Source: Thermoanaerobaculia bacterium
Lineage (GTDB): Bacteria > Acidobacteriota > Thermoanaerobaculia > Multivoradales > Multivoraceae
Direction of reading: 5' to 3'
Assembly: GCA_963666565.1 (NCBI GenBank)
Contig: OY762911.1
Span: 512,001-576,000, forward strand
DNA length: 64,000 nt
The notes beneath the pieces were generated by a model. That model worked only from the letters and a program-made list of their open reading frames with translations. It did no database searches and was not told the origin of the DNA. Below, one piece after another: positions 8,766 through 18,793 of the stretch (within the stretch, counting starts at the first letter, position 1; each line of letters starts with the position of its first letter). A program made the position numbers and the translations under genes.

Positions 8766-9869
8766 TCAGAGCGGCCGGCCCGGCGCCGCCACGAAGACGT
8801 CCCCCTCGCCTTCGTCGTTCACCGTGAAGATCCGGTCGAGCCGGCGCACGGTCGCGCCGGCGTCGAAATCGAGGCACAGGTCCGCGCCGTCCAGCATCCC
8901 GGCGGCGCCCTCGCCGGCGCTGTCCGCGAACAGGACCGCCCAGCGGTCGCCGACGTGGACCAGGTCGCCCGGCGCCGGCGAGTCCTCGCCGGCGGCGCGC
9001 CACGGCGCGCTGCCGTCGAGCGGCGCGAGCTCCCAGGCCAGATCCTCCCAGACGATGCCGCCAGCGTCGAGAATCTCCCGCAGCACGGCGACCTGGCTGA
9101 AGGCGAGCCGGTCTTCCTGGAGTTGCCGGAGCCGGTCGACCGCCCCGGCGCCCCACTCCTCCTCGCCCCGCTGGATCCCGGGAAGACCGAAGAAAGCCGA
9201 AGGGGCGGCCAGCGCGCCCGGAAGCCGCGCCTCGAGCCGGGTCGCGCCGGGGAGGTCCGGCGACTTCACGCGCTGGTCCGGGACCAGGGCGTCTTCGTCG
9301 ACCGCGGCCTCGACCCAGACCTGGTAGCGAAGGGTGCCGAAGTTCCGGTCGATCTCCGGACCGTCGTTCTCGATCCAGCCGTCGAAGTGGGCCTCCAGGG
9401 TGCCGTCGATCGACCAGGCGTTGCCCCACTCGGGCCGGAAGAAGGGCTCGTAGGCGAATCGCTCCAGGTCGCCGCCGTCGTCCAGTTCCCTGAACGGCAC
9501 GCCGTGCTCCACGCTGAACCAGAGCATCCGCACCCACCCGAGTCCGCCGATCTCCTCCGGGGGAAGGGCCTCGAAGGAACGCCCGTCGATCTCGACCCGC
9601 GGCGCGGCGCTGTAGTACACGGGCGCCCCGCCCTCGTCGCCCCCGCGCGGCGCCACGGACAGCACCGCGTGCAGCCGGAAGTCCCGCCCGGCGGCCATCT
9701 CGATGTCGCCCGTCCTCGCGACGCCGTCGCCCCCGACCTCCACCCCGACCCAGGCCGCCGCCAGCGTCGGCGCGCGCAGCCGCTCCGCCCGCGGCAGGAA
9801 CCAGAGGACCGCCGCCGCCACCGCGACGATCGCGGCGACGATCAGGAACAGGAGGCGATTCCCGCGCAC
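8766..9869 (-). CDS. hypothetical membrane-anchored protein (367 aa)
   Basis: N-terminal TM helix, acidic globular body and genome-typical codon use; TAGGAT box 6 nt upstream of the GTG. Confidence 0.75.
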   Translation of the reverse strand: MRGNRLLFLIVAAIVAVAAAVLWFLPRAERLRAPTLAAAWVGVEVGGDGVARTGDIEMAAGRDFRLHAVLSVAPRGGDEGGAPVYYSAAPRVEIDGRSFEALPPEEIGGLGWVRMLWFSVEHGVPFRELDDGGDLERFAYEPFFRPEWGNAWSIDGTLEAHFDGWIENDGPEIDRNFGTLRYQVWVEAAVDEDALVPDQRVKSPDLPGATRLEARLPGALAAPSAFFGLPGIQRGEEEWGAGAVDRLRQLQEDRLAFSQVAVLREILDAGGIVWEDLAWELAPLDGSAPWRAAGEDSPAPGDLVHVGDRWAVLFADSAGEGAAGMLDGADLCLDFDAGATVRRLDRIFTVNDEGEGDVFVAAPGRPL

Positions 9870-9915
9870 GCCCGGATCCTAGCCGCCCCCCGGGTGCGCC
9901 ACCGGGTGCGCCGCC

Positions 9916-10075
9916 GGGTGCGCGGGTCTTCCGACCCGCCCCCGGGTGAGCCGCTGGGTGCGCGGGTCTTCCGACCCGCCCCCGGGTGAGCCGCTGGGTG
10001 CGCGGGTCTTCCGACCCGCTTCCGGGAAACCCGCTGGGTGCGCGGGTCTTCCGACCCGCTTCCGGGAAACCCGCG
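9916..10075 (+). repeat. tandem array of four family-A REP-like palindromes, 40-bp period
   Basis: GGGTGCGCGGGTCTTCCGACCCGC at 9916, 9956, 9996 and 10036; 16-bp linkers CCCCGGGTGAGCCGCT (x2) and TTCCGGGAAACCCGC[T/G] (x2). Confidence 0.92.
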
Positions 10076-10081
10076 CCGCGA

Positions 10082-10717
10082 CTAGCTCTCCCGCTCCGGC
10101 AGCACCGAACGGAAGGTCAGGCGATGAAGCGGCGTCGGGCCCAGCTCCCGCAGCGCGGCGCGATGCCGCTCCGACGCATAGCCCTTGTGGCTGGCGAACC
10201 CGAAGCCCGGGTACTGCCTATCGTACGCCGTCATCATCCGGTCCCGGTGAGTCTTGGCGACGATGGAAGCGCAGGCGACGGCGAAGCTCAGCGAGTCCGC
10301 CCGCACCACGGGCACCGCCGGCACCGCGGCGCCGCCCACTTCCACCGGGTCGAGCCTCACCGCGTCGACCAGGGCGACTCCGGGCCGCACGGTCAGCGAC
10401 CGCAGAGCCAGCCGCATCGCCCGGCGCGTCGCCTCGAGCACGTTGACGCGGTCGATCAGGGCCGCGTCGCCCACGCCGGTGGCCCAGGCCACCGCCCGCC
10501 GCTCGATCGTCCGGGCCAGCCGTTCCCGCCGCGGCGCGGACAGCCGCTTGCTGTCGTCGACGCCGGGAATCAGGCAGCCCGGATCGACGACGACCGCCGC
10601 CGCCACGACCGGTCCGGCGAGGCAGCCGCGCCCCGCTTCGTCGATCCCGGCGACGAGGTCGTGGCCAGCCGCGACGAACCGCTCTTCGAGCCCGCGCATC
10701 AGGCGCAGGCGGTACAT
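10082..10717 (-). CDS. rnhB: ribonuclease HII
   Basis: AGIDEAGRGCLAGPVVAAAV, DDSKRL, ACASIVAK and HRLTF motifs; follows rplS. Confidence 0.96.
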   Translation of the reverse strand: MYRLRLMRGLEERFVAAGHDLVAGIDEAGRGCLAGPVVAAAVVVDPGCLIPGVDDSKRLSAPRRERLARTIERRAVAWATGVGDAALIDRVNVLEATRRAMRLALRSLTVRPGVALVDAVRLDPVEVGGAAVPAVPVVRADSLSFAVACASIVAKTHRDRMMTAYDRQYPGFGFASHKGYASERHRAALRELGPTPLHRLTFRSVLPERES

Positions 10718-10752
10718 CTCGGCGAAGACGCCGGGGATGCCGGCCGGCGCCG

Positions 10753-11100
10753 TCAGCGGTCGCGGCGCTCCTCGATCCGGGCGGCGCGCCCGCGCAACTT
10801 GCGCAGGTAGTAGAGCTTCGCGCGGCGGACCTTGCCGCGGCGGACGACCTCGATCTGGCCGATCACCGGCGAATGGAGCGGAAAGATGCGTTCTACGCCG
10901 ATTCCGCCCGAGACCTTGCGCACGGTGAACGTCTCCCGCGTGCCGCCGCCGCGCCGGGCGATGACCACGCCCTGGAAGATCTGGATGCGCTCCTTGGCCC
11001 CCTCCCGAACCCGGACGTGGACCTTGACCGTGTCTCCGGCACGGAAGTCCGGCAGGCCATCCCGCACGTACTCCTGCTCAACCTGCTGTAGATCGTGCAT
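10753..11100 (-). CDS. rplS: 50S ribosomal protein L19
   Basis: [13 protein letters not shown]...[23 protein letters not shown]...RRAKLYYLR. Confidence 0.98.
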   Translation of the reverse strand: MHDLQQVEQEYVRDGLPDFRAGDTVKVHVRVREGAKERIQIFQGVVIARRGGGTRETFTVRKVSGGIGVERIFPLHSPVIGQIEVVRRGKVRRAKLYYLRKLRGRAARIEERRDR

Positions 11101-11232
11101 TTGCGTGTCACCTGTACCTCGGCCGCGAGACGTGCCCCGGCCTGTTGTCTGCTGACGGACTTCACGCCCCTCGTCCTGCGGCCGGCCGCCTTTGGCCTCC
11201 GAACCGCGGACCGCGAAGCGGCAGGGGGCGGA

Positions 11233-11955
11233 TTATCGCCTGTTCGACGCCTCCGGCGCAACCTCCCGGCCGCGGGGGTTCGTTTCCAGCAGGTCCGGCC
11301 GCTTGCGGCGCGTCGCCTCCAGCGCCTGTTCCCGCCGCCAGGCGTCGATGCGCGCGTGGTCGCCGGAGCGCAGCACCTCCGGCACCTCGATCCCCTCCAC
11401 GGTCGGCGGCCGGGTGTAGTGCGGATGGTCGAGCAGGCCCGAGCGGAAGCTCTCGTTCTCGACCGATTCCGGCCGGCCGACGACTCCGGGGAGCTGCCGC
11501 GAAACGGCCTCGACGACGACCATCGCCGGCGCCTCGCCCCCCGAGAGCACGTAGTCCCCGATCGACAGTTCGGAGTCGACGACGAGCATCCGCACCCGCT
11601 CGTCCACCGCCTCGTAACGCCCGCACAGCAGCAGCAGCCGCTCCTCGCCGGCCAGGGCACGGACCTTGGCGTCGTCGAGCCGCTCGCCCTGCGGCGACAG
11701 CAGGATCCGGTGAGGCCGGGGGCCGTCGCCCGAGATGGCGCGCACGGCGTTCAGCCAGGGCGGCGCCGTCATCACCATGCCGCCGCCGCCGCCGTACGGT
11801 TCGTCGTCGACGCTGCGGTGCGGGTCGTCCGTGTAGTCGCGCAGGTCGTGGACGCGCACGTCCAGACGTCCGGCGGCGATCGCGCGGCCGATCAGGCTCG
11901 CCCCCAGGAACTCCCGAAAGACGGCGGGGAAGATCGTTACGACGTCGATCCGCAT
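11233..11955 (-). CDS. trmD: tRNA (guanine-N1)-methyltransferase
   Basis: VDDEPYGGGGGMVM, LCGRYEAVDER and SIGDYVLSGGE motifs. Confidence 0.98.
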   Translation of the reverse strand: MRIDVVTIFPAVFREFLGASLIGRAIAAGRLDVRVHDLRDYTDDPHRSVDDEPYGGGGGMVMTAPPWLNAVRAISGDGPRPHRILLSPQGERLDDAKVRALAGEERLLLLCGRYEAVDERVRMLVVDSELSIGDYVLSGGEAPAMVVVEAVSRQLPGVVGRPESVENESFRSGLLDHPHYTRPPTVEGIEVPEVLRSGDHARIDAWRREQALEATRRKRPDLLETNPRGREVAPEASNRR

Positions 11956-12485
11956 GTCTCCACCAGTCCCTCCGGCAGGTCGCTCCGGATCAGGCGCTCG
12001 GCCACGTCGATCTCCGGCAGCAGCGCATTGGCGAACGGGACCAGCACCGACCGGACGCCGCTCCCGGACGGCGCCGCCACCTGGAGTAGAACGCCGCCGC
12101 CGTCCTCCACCACTTCGGTGACCTCGCCGAGTTCGCCGAGCGTCCGGTCGACGACCCGGCAGCCGACAAGCTGGAAGTAGTAGAAGGCGCCGTCCTCCGC
12201 CGCCGGCACCTCGTCCTCCGGTACCAGGAGCCGGGCGCCGCGGAGGGCTTCCGCGCCGTCGCGGTCCGTCACGCCGGCGAAGCGGATCAAACGCCTGCCG
12301 CGGTGCGGCCGGCTCGAAGCCACTTCCAGCCGCCGCACGCCGTAGCCGGTCTCGGCGAGGAGCCTGGCGCCGGGCCGGAACCGGTCGGGGTTCTCGCTGT
12401 CCGCCTCCACGAACACCTCGCCCCGCAGCCCGTGCGCCCGCCGAACGGCGCCGACGGTGACCATCTCCGCCGCGTCGGCGTCCAC
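11937..12485 (-). CDS. rimM: ribosome maturation factor RimM
   Basis: VGAVRRAHGLRGEV and FYYFQLVGCRV motifs; conserved operon position. Confidence 0.95.
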   Translation of the reverse strand: MDADAAEMVTVGAVRRAHGLRGEVFVEADSENPDRFRPGARLLAETGYGVRRLEVASSRPHRGRRLIRFAGVTDRDGAEALRGARLLVPEDEVPAAEDGAFYYFQLVGCRVVDRTLGELGEVTEVVEDGGGVLLQVAAPSGSGVRSVLVPFANALLPEIDVAERLIRSDLPEGLVETCGSTS

Positions 12486-12486
12486 G

Positions 12487-12732
12487 CTAGGCCGGCTCGA
12501 CGATCTCGACCTCGTAGTACTCGCCGGCTTCGGCGCCGCGCACCTCCAGCAGGGCGCGCAACGAACGGACGCTCCGCCCCTGCCGGCCGATCACGCGGCC
12601 GAGTTCGTCCGGCGCGACCTCCACCTGCAGGACGATCGCGTCCTCCTCCTCGATCTCCTCGACCCGTACCGCGTCCCCGCGATCCACCATCGAGCGGACC
12701 ACGCCAGCGAGTTGATCGGCGACTTCCGACAT
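12487..12732 (-). CDS. khpA: KH-domain RNA-binding protein
   Basis: ELGRVIGRQGRS (GxxG loop); lies between rpsP and rimM. Confidence 0.9.
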   Translation of the reverse strand: MSEVADQLAGVVRSMVDRGDAVRVEEIEEEDAIVLQVEVAPDELGRVIGRQGRSVRSLRALLEVRGAEAGEYYEVEIVEPA

Positions 12733-12745
12733 CGCCGCGGCCCGC

Positions 12746-13000
12746 CTACGACCCCGCCGCGTCCGCCGCGGCCGCCCGCCGCACCAGGCCGCGGACGGTG
12801 TCCGTGAGCTGAGCTCCCCGCGCCACCCAGTGATCGATGCGGTCCGACTTCAGCCGGATCACCGCCGGGTCCTTGCAGGGGTCGTAGTGCCCGACCTCCT
12901 CGATGACCGCCGACGTCGGCACCTTGCGGCTGTCCGACACCACCACGCGGTAGAAGGGTCTGTGGCGCGAACCCATGCGCCGGAGTCGTATCTTCACCAT
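12746..13000 (-). CDS. rpsP: 30S ribosomal protein S16
   Basis: MVKIRLRRMGSRHRPFYRVVVSDSR. Confidence 0.98.
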   Translation of the reverse strand: MVKIRLRRMGSRHRPFYRVVVSDSRKVPTSAVIEEVGHYDPCKDPAVIRLKSDRIDHWVARGAQLTDTVRGLVRRAAAADAAGS

Positions 13001-13108
13001 GTCAGGATCTTCCAAGTCTCGGGACTTCTCCCGGGTCGTTCCGTCGCCCCGTCCACGGCAGAGCCGAAGCCGAGGCAGCGGCGCAGTCTAGCACCACGAA
13101 CCTCCCCT

Positions 13109-13201
13109 GGGTGCGCGCGTCTTCCGACCACTGGGTGCGCGGGTCTTCCGACCCGCTGCCGGCGAAGCCAGCCAGCGAGCCGCGCCGGCCGGAGGCCGGC
13201 G
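13109..13201 (+). repeat. family-A REP-like composite (left border of the island)
   Basis: One degenerate and one perfect palindrome, followed by GCCGGCGAAGCCAGC and CGCGCCGGCCGGAGGCCGGCG. Confidence 0.8.
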
Positions 13202-13254
13202 ACCGCTCTGGCCGCAAGTCCGTACCGCCTCGCCCCGGCCAACCCCGACCCCGC

Positions 13255-13620
13255 TCAACGAACCCGCGGCAACGCGCTCTCCACCTTCCCGGCAGCCACC
13301 ATCAACCGGCCTTCGGCGAACTTCGTCTCGCCCCAGTCGTCAGGACTGTCGAAGAACTCGAGCGCATCCTCACTGAAGGAGTCGAACGAACCACCCGCAG
13401 CCATGTCGCGTAGGACGGTCCGCACCTCCTCCTTGTACGCCAGGTAGGCCTCGATCAGGGTCGAACCGACGCCGGCGACGCCGCCCGGCCTCAAGCCATG
13501 CGCGATGTACTCGCCGCTCGTTTCCTTCGTCACGACCGTCGCGCCACGCATCTCGACGCCCGCGCTCCAACCGTCGCCGAGAACGGCGGCGCGGAACCTG
13601 AACAGGAGGGGATAGACCAT
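13255..13620 (-). CDS. hypothetical protein, possibly HicB-like fold
   Basis: ATG 13620 has a purine-rich RBS (GAAGAGGGGA); segment PGGVAGVGSTLIEAYLAYKEEVRTVL resembles the HicB motif. Confidence 0.6.
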   Translation of the reverse strand: MVYPLLFRFRAAVLGDGWSAGVEMRGATVVTKETSGEYIAHGLRPGGVAGVGSTLIEAYLAYKEEVRTVLRDMAAGGSFDSFSEDALEFFDSPDDWGETKFAEGRLMVAAGKVESALPRVR

Positions 13621-14938
13621 CTCGATCCCCTCTTCCCGCCACTTGCCGATCAGGAGTTCGGTCTTGTCCATTTGCGATTCCGCAGCTCCAAGGTGAAGAC
13701 GGCTCAGGATGGGCACGGCCTGCCTACCCGCAGCCAAGCGTCGACTCTACTCCTCCAGGTCGCCGGTAACCGGCCATAGGATCACGCTACCAAGCGCCTC
13801 CGACCTCCCTGCCAACCGTTCCCCCGACCAGATCCTCATGGAGCCATTCGAGTTCATCGAGAAGTGGCGAGCCTCCGAGTTGAAGGAGAGCTCAGCGGCC
13901 CAGGAGCACTTCATCGACCTCTGCCATCTCCTCGGAGAGCCGACGCCAGCCGAAGACGACCCGACCGGCGAGCGCTACTGCTTCGAGCGCGGCGCGAAGA
14001 AGGACTCCGGCGGCGGCGGCTGGGCGGACGTCTGGAAGAAGCACCGCTTCGCCTGGGAGTACAAGGGGAAGGACAGGGACCTCGACAAGGCGTTCGAGCA
14101 GTTGCGCCAGTACTCGCTGGCGCTCGACAACCCGCCGCTCCTCATCGTCTCCGACATGGAGACGATCCGCATCACCACGAACTGGACCAACTCCGTCAGC
14201 GTCACCGAGACGCTCGTCCTGGACGATCTGGCGGACGCGGCCAAACGTCAGCGGCTCAAGTGGGCCATGTCCGAACCGGAGCGACTTCGGCCGGGCCAGA
14301 CTCGGCAGGCCCTGACGGAGAGCGTCGCCGAGACGTTCGCTTCCCTGGCGCAGGCGCTGCGCGACCGGGGCCACGACAGCCACGAAGTGGCGAAGTTCCT
14401 GAATCGGCTCGTCTTCTGCATGTTCGCGGAAGACGTGGACCTGCTGCCGAGGAACCTGTTCACTCGCATGCTGGACGCCGCGCGGAGAGCCCCCTCCGAG
14501 TTCGTCCCCATGACGCGCGAACTCTTCGCGAGCATGGCCGGCGGCGGCCGCTTCGGCGTAGAGACCGTGGCTCACGTCAACGGCGGACTGTTCGCCGACG
14601 ATGACACGTTGCCGCTCGAGAAGATCGAGATCGAGACGGTCCTCGCCGCCGCCCGACTGAACTGGACCGACGTTGATCCGTCGATCCTCGGCACCCTGTT
14701 CGAGCGCGGGCTGGACCCGAGCAAGCGCTCGCAACTCGGCGCCCACTACACCGACCGCGACAAGGTCATGCTCATCGTCGAGCCCGTCGTCGTCCGACCG
14801 CTGGAAGCCGAGTGGAGCGAGGTCAGGAAGAAGATCGCGCTCAAGCTGGAACAGGAGAAGCGCCAGAGGACGATCCCGGCAGCCAGAAGGCGCCGGCGTG
14901 GAGTTGCCCCGTTTTCGCGGACGGTTCGTGTTTAGGGT

Positions 14939-15799
14939 TCAGGCGGCTTCGTAGTCCCGGTGGTAGCCGTTCTCGAAGTTGACGGGCGAGAGGTATCCGA
15001 GGGCCGAGTGACGACGATGCGGGTTGTACCAGCCCTCGATGTAGCGGAAGAGTTCCCTCCTTGCCTCGGCATGGTTCTGGAACTTGGTTCGGTCGAGGAG
15101 CTCGCATTCGAGGCTGGCGAAGAAGCTCTCGGCCATGGCGTTGTCGTAGCAGTCCCCGACCGAGCCCATGGAGAGCCGGATGCCGGCCTTGCGGCAGCGC
15201 TTCCCGAACGCGAGCGAGGTGTACTGGCTGCCTCGATCGGAGTGATGAACGACGCCCTTGTCCGGGCGGCGCTGGGCGACGGCCATGTTCAGGGCGTCCA
15301 CCACGAGCTCGGCCCGCGGCCGGCGGGCCATCGCCCAGCCGACGATCCGGCGGCTGAAGACGTCCAGCACGATGGCCAGGTAGAGGAAACCGCACAGCGT
15401 CGGCACGTACGTGATGTCGGCCACCCAGAGGCGGTCGGGCGCTTCGGCCTCGAACTCCCGGTCGACCAGGTCCGGCGCCGGGCGAGCGGTCTTGTCGCGG
15501 CGCGTCGTCCGCGGCCTCTTGCGGCGGCTTACGCCGGCCAGGTCCGACTCTCGCATGAGTCTGGCGACGCGCTTGCGGCTCGCCAGGACGCCCTCGTCGG
15601 CCAACTGTGCCTGGATACGGGGAGCGCCGTAGGTGCCCCGGCTGGCTTCGTGGATCGACCGAACCCGCTCGGACAGGGCGGCGTCCGCCCGGACCCTGGC
15701 CGACGGGACTCGCTTACGCCACGCGTAGTACCCGCTCGTGGAGACGCCGAGCACTCGAGCCATCGCAGCGATCCGGAACTCGGCCTGGTACGCCCTCAT
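14939..15799 (-). CDS. IS3-family transposase OrfB (DDE)
   Basis: WVADITY, HHSDRGSQY and DNAMAESFF motifs. Confidence 0.96.
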   Translation of the reverse strand: MRAYQAEFRIAAMARVLGVSTSGYYAWRKRVPSARVRADAALSERVRSIHEASRGTYGAPRIQAQLADEGVLASRKRVARLMRESDLAGVSRRKRPRTTRRDKTARPAPDLVDREFEAEAPDRLWVADITYVPTLCGFLYLAIVLDVFSRRIVGWAMARRPRAELVVDALNMAVAQRRPDKGVVHHSDRGSQYTSLAFGKRCRKAGIRLSMGSVGDCYDNAMAESFFASLECELLDRTKFQNHAEARRELFRYIEGWYNPHRRHSALGYLSPVNFENGYHRDYEAA

Positions 15800-16104
15800 G
15801 AACCCGTAGACCTCTTGGGCTTTGTCCCCCGGGCGAACCAGGCCGTTGCTTTTGCCAGTATCTCCCGCTCTTCCCGCAGCCGGCGATTCTCGCGGCGCAG
15901 ACGGCGGAGCTCTTCGCGCTCCGCCGTGGTCAGGCCGTCAGCGCGGCGGCCTTCGTCCCGATCCGCCTGCGCCGCCCAGTTACGGATGGACTGCGCTGAA
16001 GGCTCGAACTCGCAGGCGAGTTGGTCCGGGCTCCGCCCGGACCGGACCAGATCCACCATCTGGCGCCGGTACTCTGCCGGGTAACGGGGTCTTGATCTTG
16101 GCAT
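15796..16104 (-). CDS. IS3-family transposase OrfA (HTH)
   Basis: RYPAEYRRQMV...ELRRLRRENRRLREEREILAKA; ATGA overlap with orfB. Confidence 0.94.
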   Translation of the reverse strand: MPRSRPRYPAEYRRQMVDLVRSGRSPDQLACEFEPSAQSIRNWAAQADRDEGRRADGLTTAEREELRRLRRENRRLREEREILAKATAWFARGTKPKRSTGS

Positions 16105-17289
16105 CGTGGGTACCTCCTCCTCCAAGGATGTGGTGTCCACGAAACCGGGTCAAGCTCAGGCGCGAAGCGGAGCGCCTCCTGCGCCAGTTCCTCGACCGGC
16201 TGCGCACATTCACCGTGCTGGACCCGGCCTGCGGTTCCGGCAACTTCCTCTACTTGGCCCTTCACGCCCTGAAGGACCTCGAACACCGGGTGCAGTTGGA
16301 AGCGGAGGCTCTCGGGAGCTTTCAGCGCCAGTTTCCCGGCGTCGGCCCGGCGAACGTCAAGGGCATCGAGATCAACCCGTACGCCGCCGAACTCGCCCGT
16401 GTCTCGAACGTGCGGCGGCTGCCGGCGAACATGAACGTGGCGTTCATGGGCGACACGAAGGGCGGTCCTTTCGACGTAACGGGCGATCAGGCGCGCGAGT
16501 GGCTCCGGCTGCCGACGAACCCGAACGGCCGGACCAACGCCGACGTTCTGAAGCCGTGGGTGAACGGCATGAATCTCACCCGCCGGCCAGCCGGCAAGTG
16601 GATCGTCGACTTCGGCTGGACGATGTCCGCTTCCGACGCGGCGCTGTACGAGGAGCCGTTCCGGTGGGTGCAGGAACACGTCCATCCGATGCGGCAAAGG
16701 AGCCGCCGCAAGGCGTACCGCCAAACTGGTGGCGGCACATGGAACCGAGGCAGGGCATGTGGAGCGCGTTTGAAGGACTGTCGCGCTACATCGCCACGCC
16801 GGCCGTTGCCAAGCACCGTCTCTTTGCCTGGCTGGACCCTCGCATCTGCCCGGATCATGCGCTGATCGTCATCGCGCGCGACGACGACACGACCTTCGGC
16901 ATCCTCCACAGCCGGTTTCACGAGATCTGGTCGCTTCGTCGAGGCACATCGCTCGGGAAGGGCAACGATCCGCGCTACACGCCCACCACTACGTTCGAGA
17001 CGTTCCCGTTTCCGCCCGAACTGGAACCGGACCTGCCGGCGACCGACTACGAGGCCGACTCCCGCGCCCAAGCCATCGCTTCGGCCGCACGGCGCCTCGT
17101 CGAACTCCGAGACCGCTGGCTCAACCCGCCCGAGTTGGTCGAGTGGGTGAGCGAACCCGTCCCTGGCTACCCGGAACGCCCCGTTCCGCGCAACGACGAC
17201 GCCGCCAAAGCGCTCAAGAGACGAACGCTGGTAGCCGCTGGCGGCCGGCGGCTGGGTCCGTGGGCGGAAGCGGCGGTGTCGAGTGCATG

Positions 17290-18122
17290 GCGGCGGACAG
17301 GACTCGATCAGTTCCCGAAGCACCTTGATCAGGCAGTTCTGGGAGATCGCCCGCACCGTGCCGACGTGCTCCCACTGGGTCACCTCGTCCACCAGATTGA
17401 CGTGGAAGACGCCCTTCTCGCCGTCCTTCTCTCCCTGGTCCACCGTGTCCACGCGCAGGAAGCCCGGCCGCCCCTTGGGCCGGGGCTTGCGGCGCTCGCC
17501 GATGGCGATCCGTCTCGCGCGGGTCTTCCTGAACGTCGTCCGGCGACGCCTGTAGGTCTTCGACTTGCGCAGGTTGTAGAAGTGCCCGTTGGAGATCGCG
17601 GCCAGCCGCTCGAAGCGCTCGTCGCCGTACTCCTCGTACATCCGCCGCATCACCGCCCGCGTGGCGTGACCGCACCTCTGGCCCAGCGACGCATCGACCT
17701 CGGCCAGCAGGCCGGCGTCCGCCTTGGTGTAGCGCCGGACGAACGCACACGCCGGAACGCCCCGGCGATCCCGGACGCGGCCCGTCTCCCGGTGTTGCCG
17801 CACCAGCCGCTGGACCTGCGGCGGCGACTTGCCCGTCATCTTGACCAGGTAGCGCAGGATCACGCCCTTATCGGCCTTCGACAGACCGTGGTACCGGAAA
17901 CGCACCAGCGTCTCCTCGGCGAACCGGTAGGCCGAGTCCCGGTCCGTGAGCACCAGGTCCACGGACTCGCTGCCGGCCAGAAAGCCGCGCACCTCGTCCA
18001 ACGTCTGCAAGCGGTGAGTCTGTAGAGACAAGATCATCCTCCGATGATCCCCGACAGCCGAATCTCACGATCACTTCTCGTTGGATTGACGACCCCCGCT
18101 CACGATCACTTCTCATTGGACA
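17290..18122 (-). mobile_element. truncated IS with rve/DDE integrase-type transposase (ISNCY-like); left end intact
   Basis: ORF from 18037 with PGFLRVDTV and NLVDEVTQWE breaks off near 17295, before the rest of the DDE core. End sequence TGTCCAATGAGAAGTGATCGTGA at 18122, with a second copy of the motif at about 18065-18086. Confidence 0.8.
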
Positions 18123-18793
18123 GCGCTGGAGATGGACACGCCACAACGAGACTGACACCATAGACCTAGGATGTAACCGAGACCGGCTTCAAGATCGCGG
18201 CGAACAAGCGTCGCGAACTGGGCCCGTTGTCCAATGGAGGTTGTACATGAAGAAGACCCTGACCTTCGCCGCCATCATCGCCGTAGTGTTCTGTCCGGCA
18301 GGGTTGCCCGCCGTCGGCTATGCGCAAGAGCGTCCCGATGAAGCTTCCGTGCCGGAAGTGCGGACGGTCGATCCTCACGAGGCTCGCCAAGCCCTCCAGC
18401 GGATGATCCACGAAGCGGACGACGACGACATCATCGAGATGTACTACGGTGCCCGCGAGGCGATCGAGAAGAAGCGAGCTCTTGAACACAGGATCAAGAA
18501 GAACCTCCGCAAGTTGAACGAGATGAGACAACGCTTCGAGGAGAGCGACCGCGAGCGCGAGAACCCCGAGAACGCAGCGTTCCGTCTCCCGAACTCACAG
18601 CAGCCGAGCCTCTTTACGTTAGTGGCGCAACCGCATCCGTGGGACAACTGCGACGAGGCCAAAGAGTCTCTGGCAGGCTGCAAGAGCGACTTGGACGAAC
18701 AGTGCAACTTGGCGATGGCCCTCTCTGCCAACGTACGTGACACAGCGGGGATCCCGTTGAATAGTGGAGGGCACACGTTGGCAAGGAGGATCG

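Larger units (their letters stand above)
14899..16158 (-). mobile_element. IS3-family insertion sequence, complete
   Basis: Imperfect inverted repeats TGAGCTTGACCCGGTTTCGTGGAC and TGGAGTTGCCCCGTTTTCGCGGAC; 4-bp target duplication GGCG at 14895-14898 and 16159-16162. Confidence 0.95.
13838..17230 (+). pseudogene. MmeI-like (type IIG/IIL) restriction-modification enzyme, disrupted
   Basis: N-terminal ADVWKKHRFAWEYKG (PD-(D/E)XK-like), SILGTLFERGLD, GAHYT, VLDPACGSGNF and GNDPRYTP. Split by an IS3, no NPPF motif present, frameshift near 16722, truncated after KRRTL. Confidence 0.9.

Noticed and set aside
9916-10075. CRISPR array
   Set aside because: Linkers are only 16 bp and duplicated pairwise, the repeat is dispersed singly elsewhere, and there are no cas genes.
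16106-18037. Fusion proteins suggested by ORFs 16106-18025 (+) and 16487-18037 (-)
   Set aside because: They are chance read-throughs across the junction of the R-M remnant and the truncated transposase.
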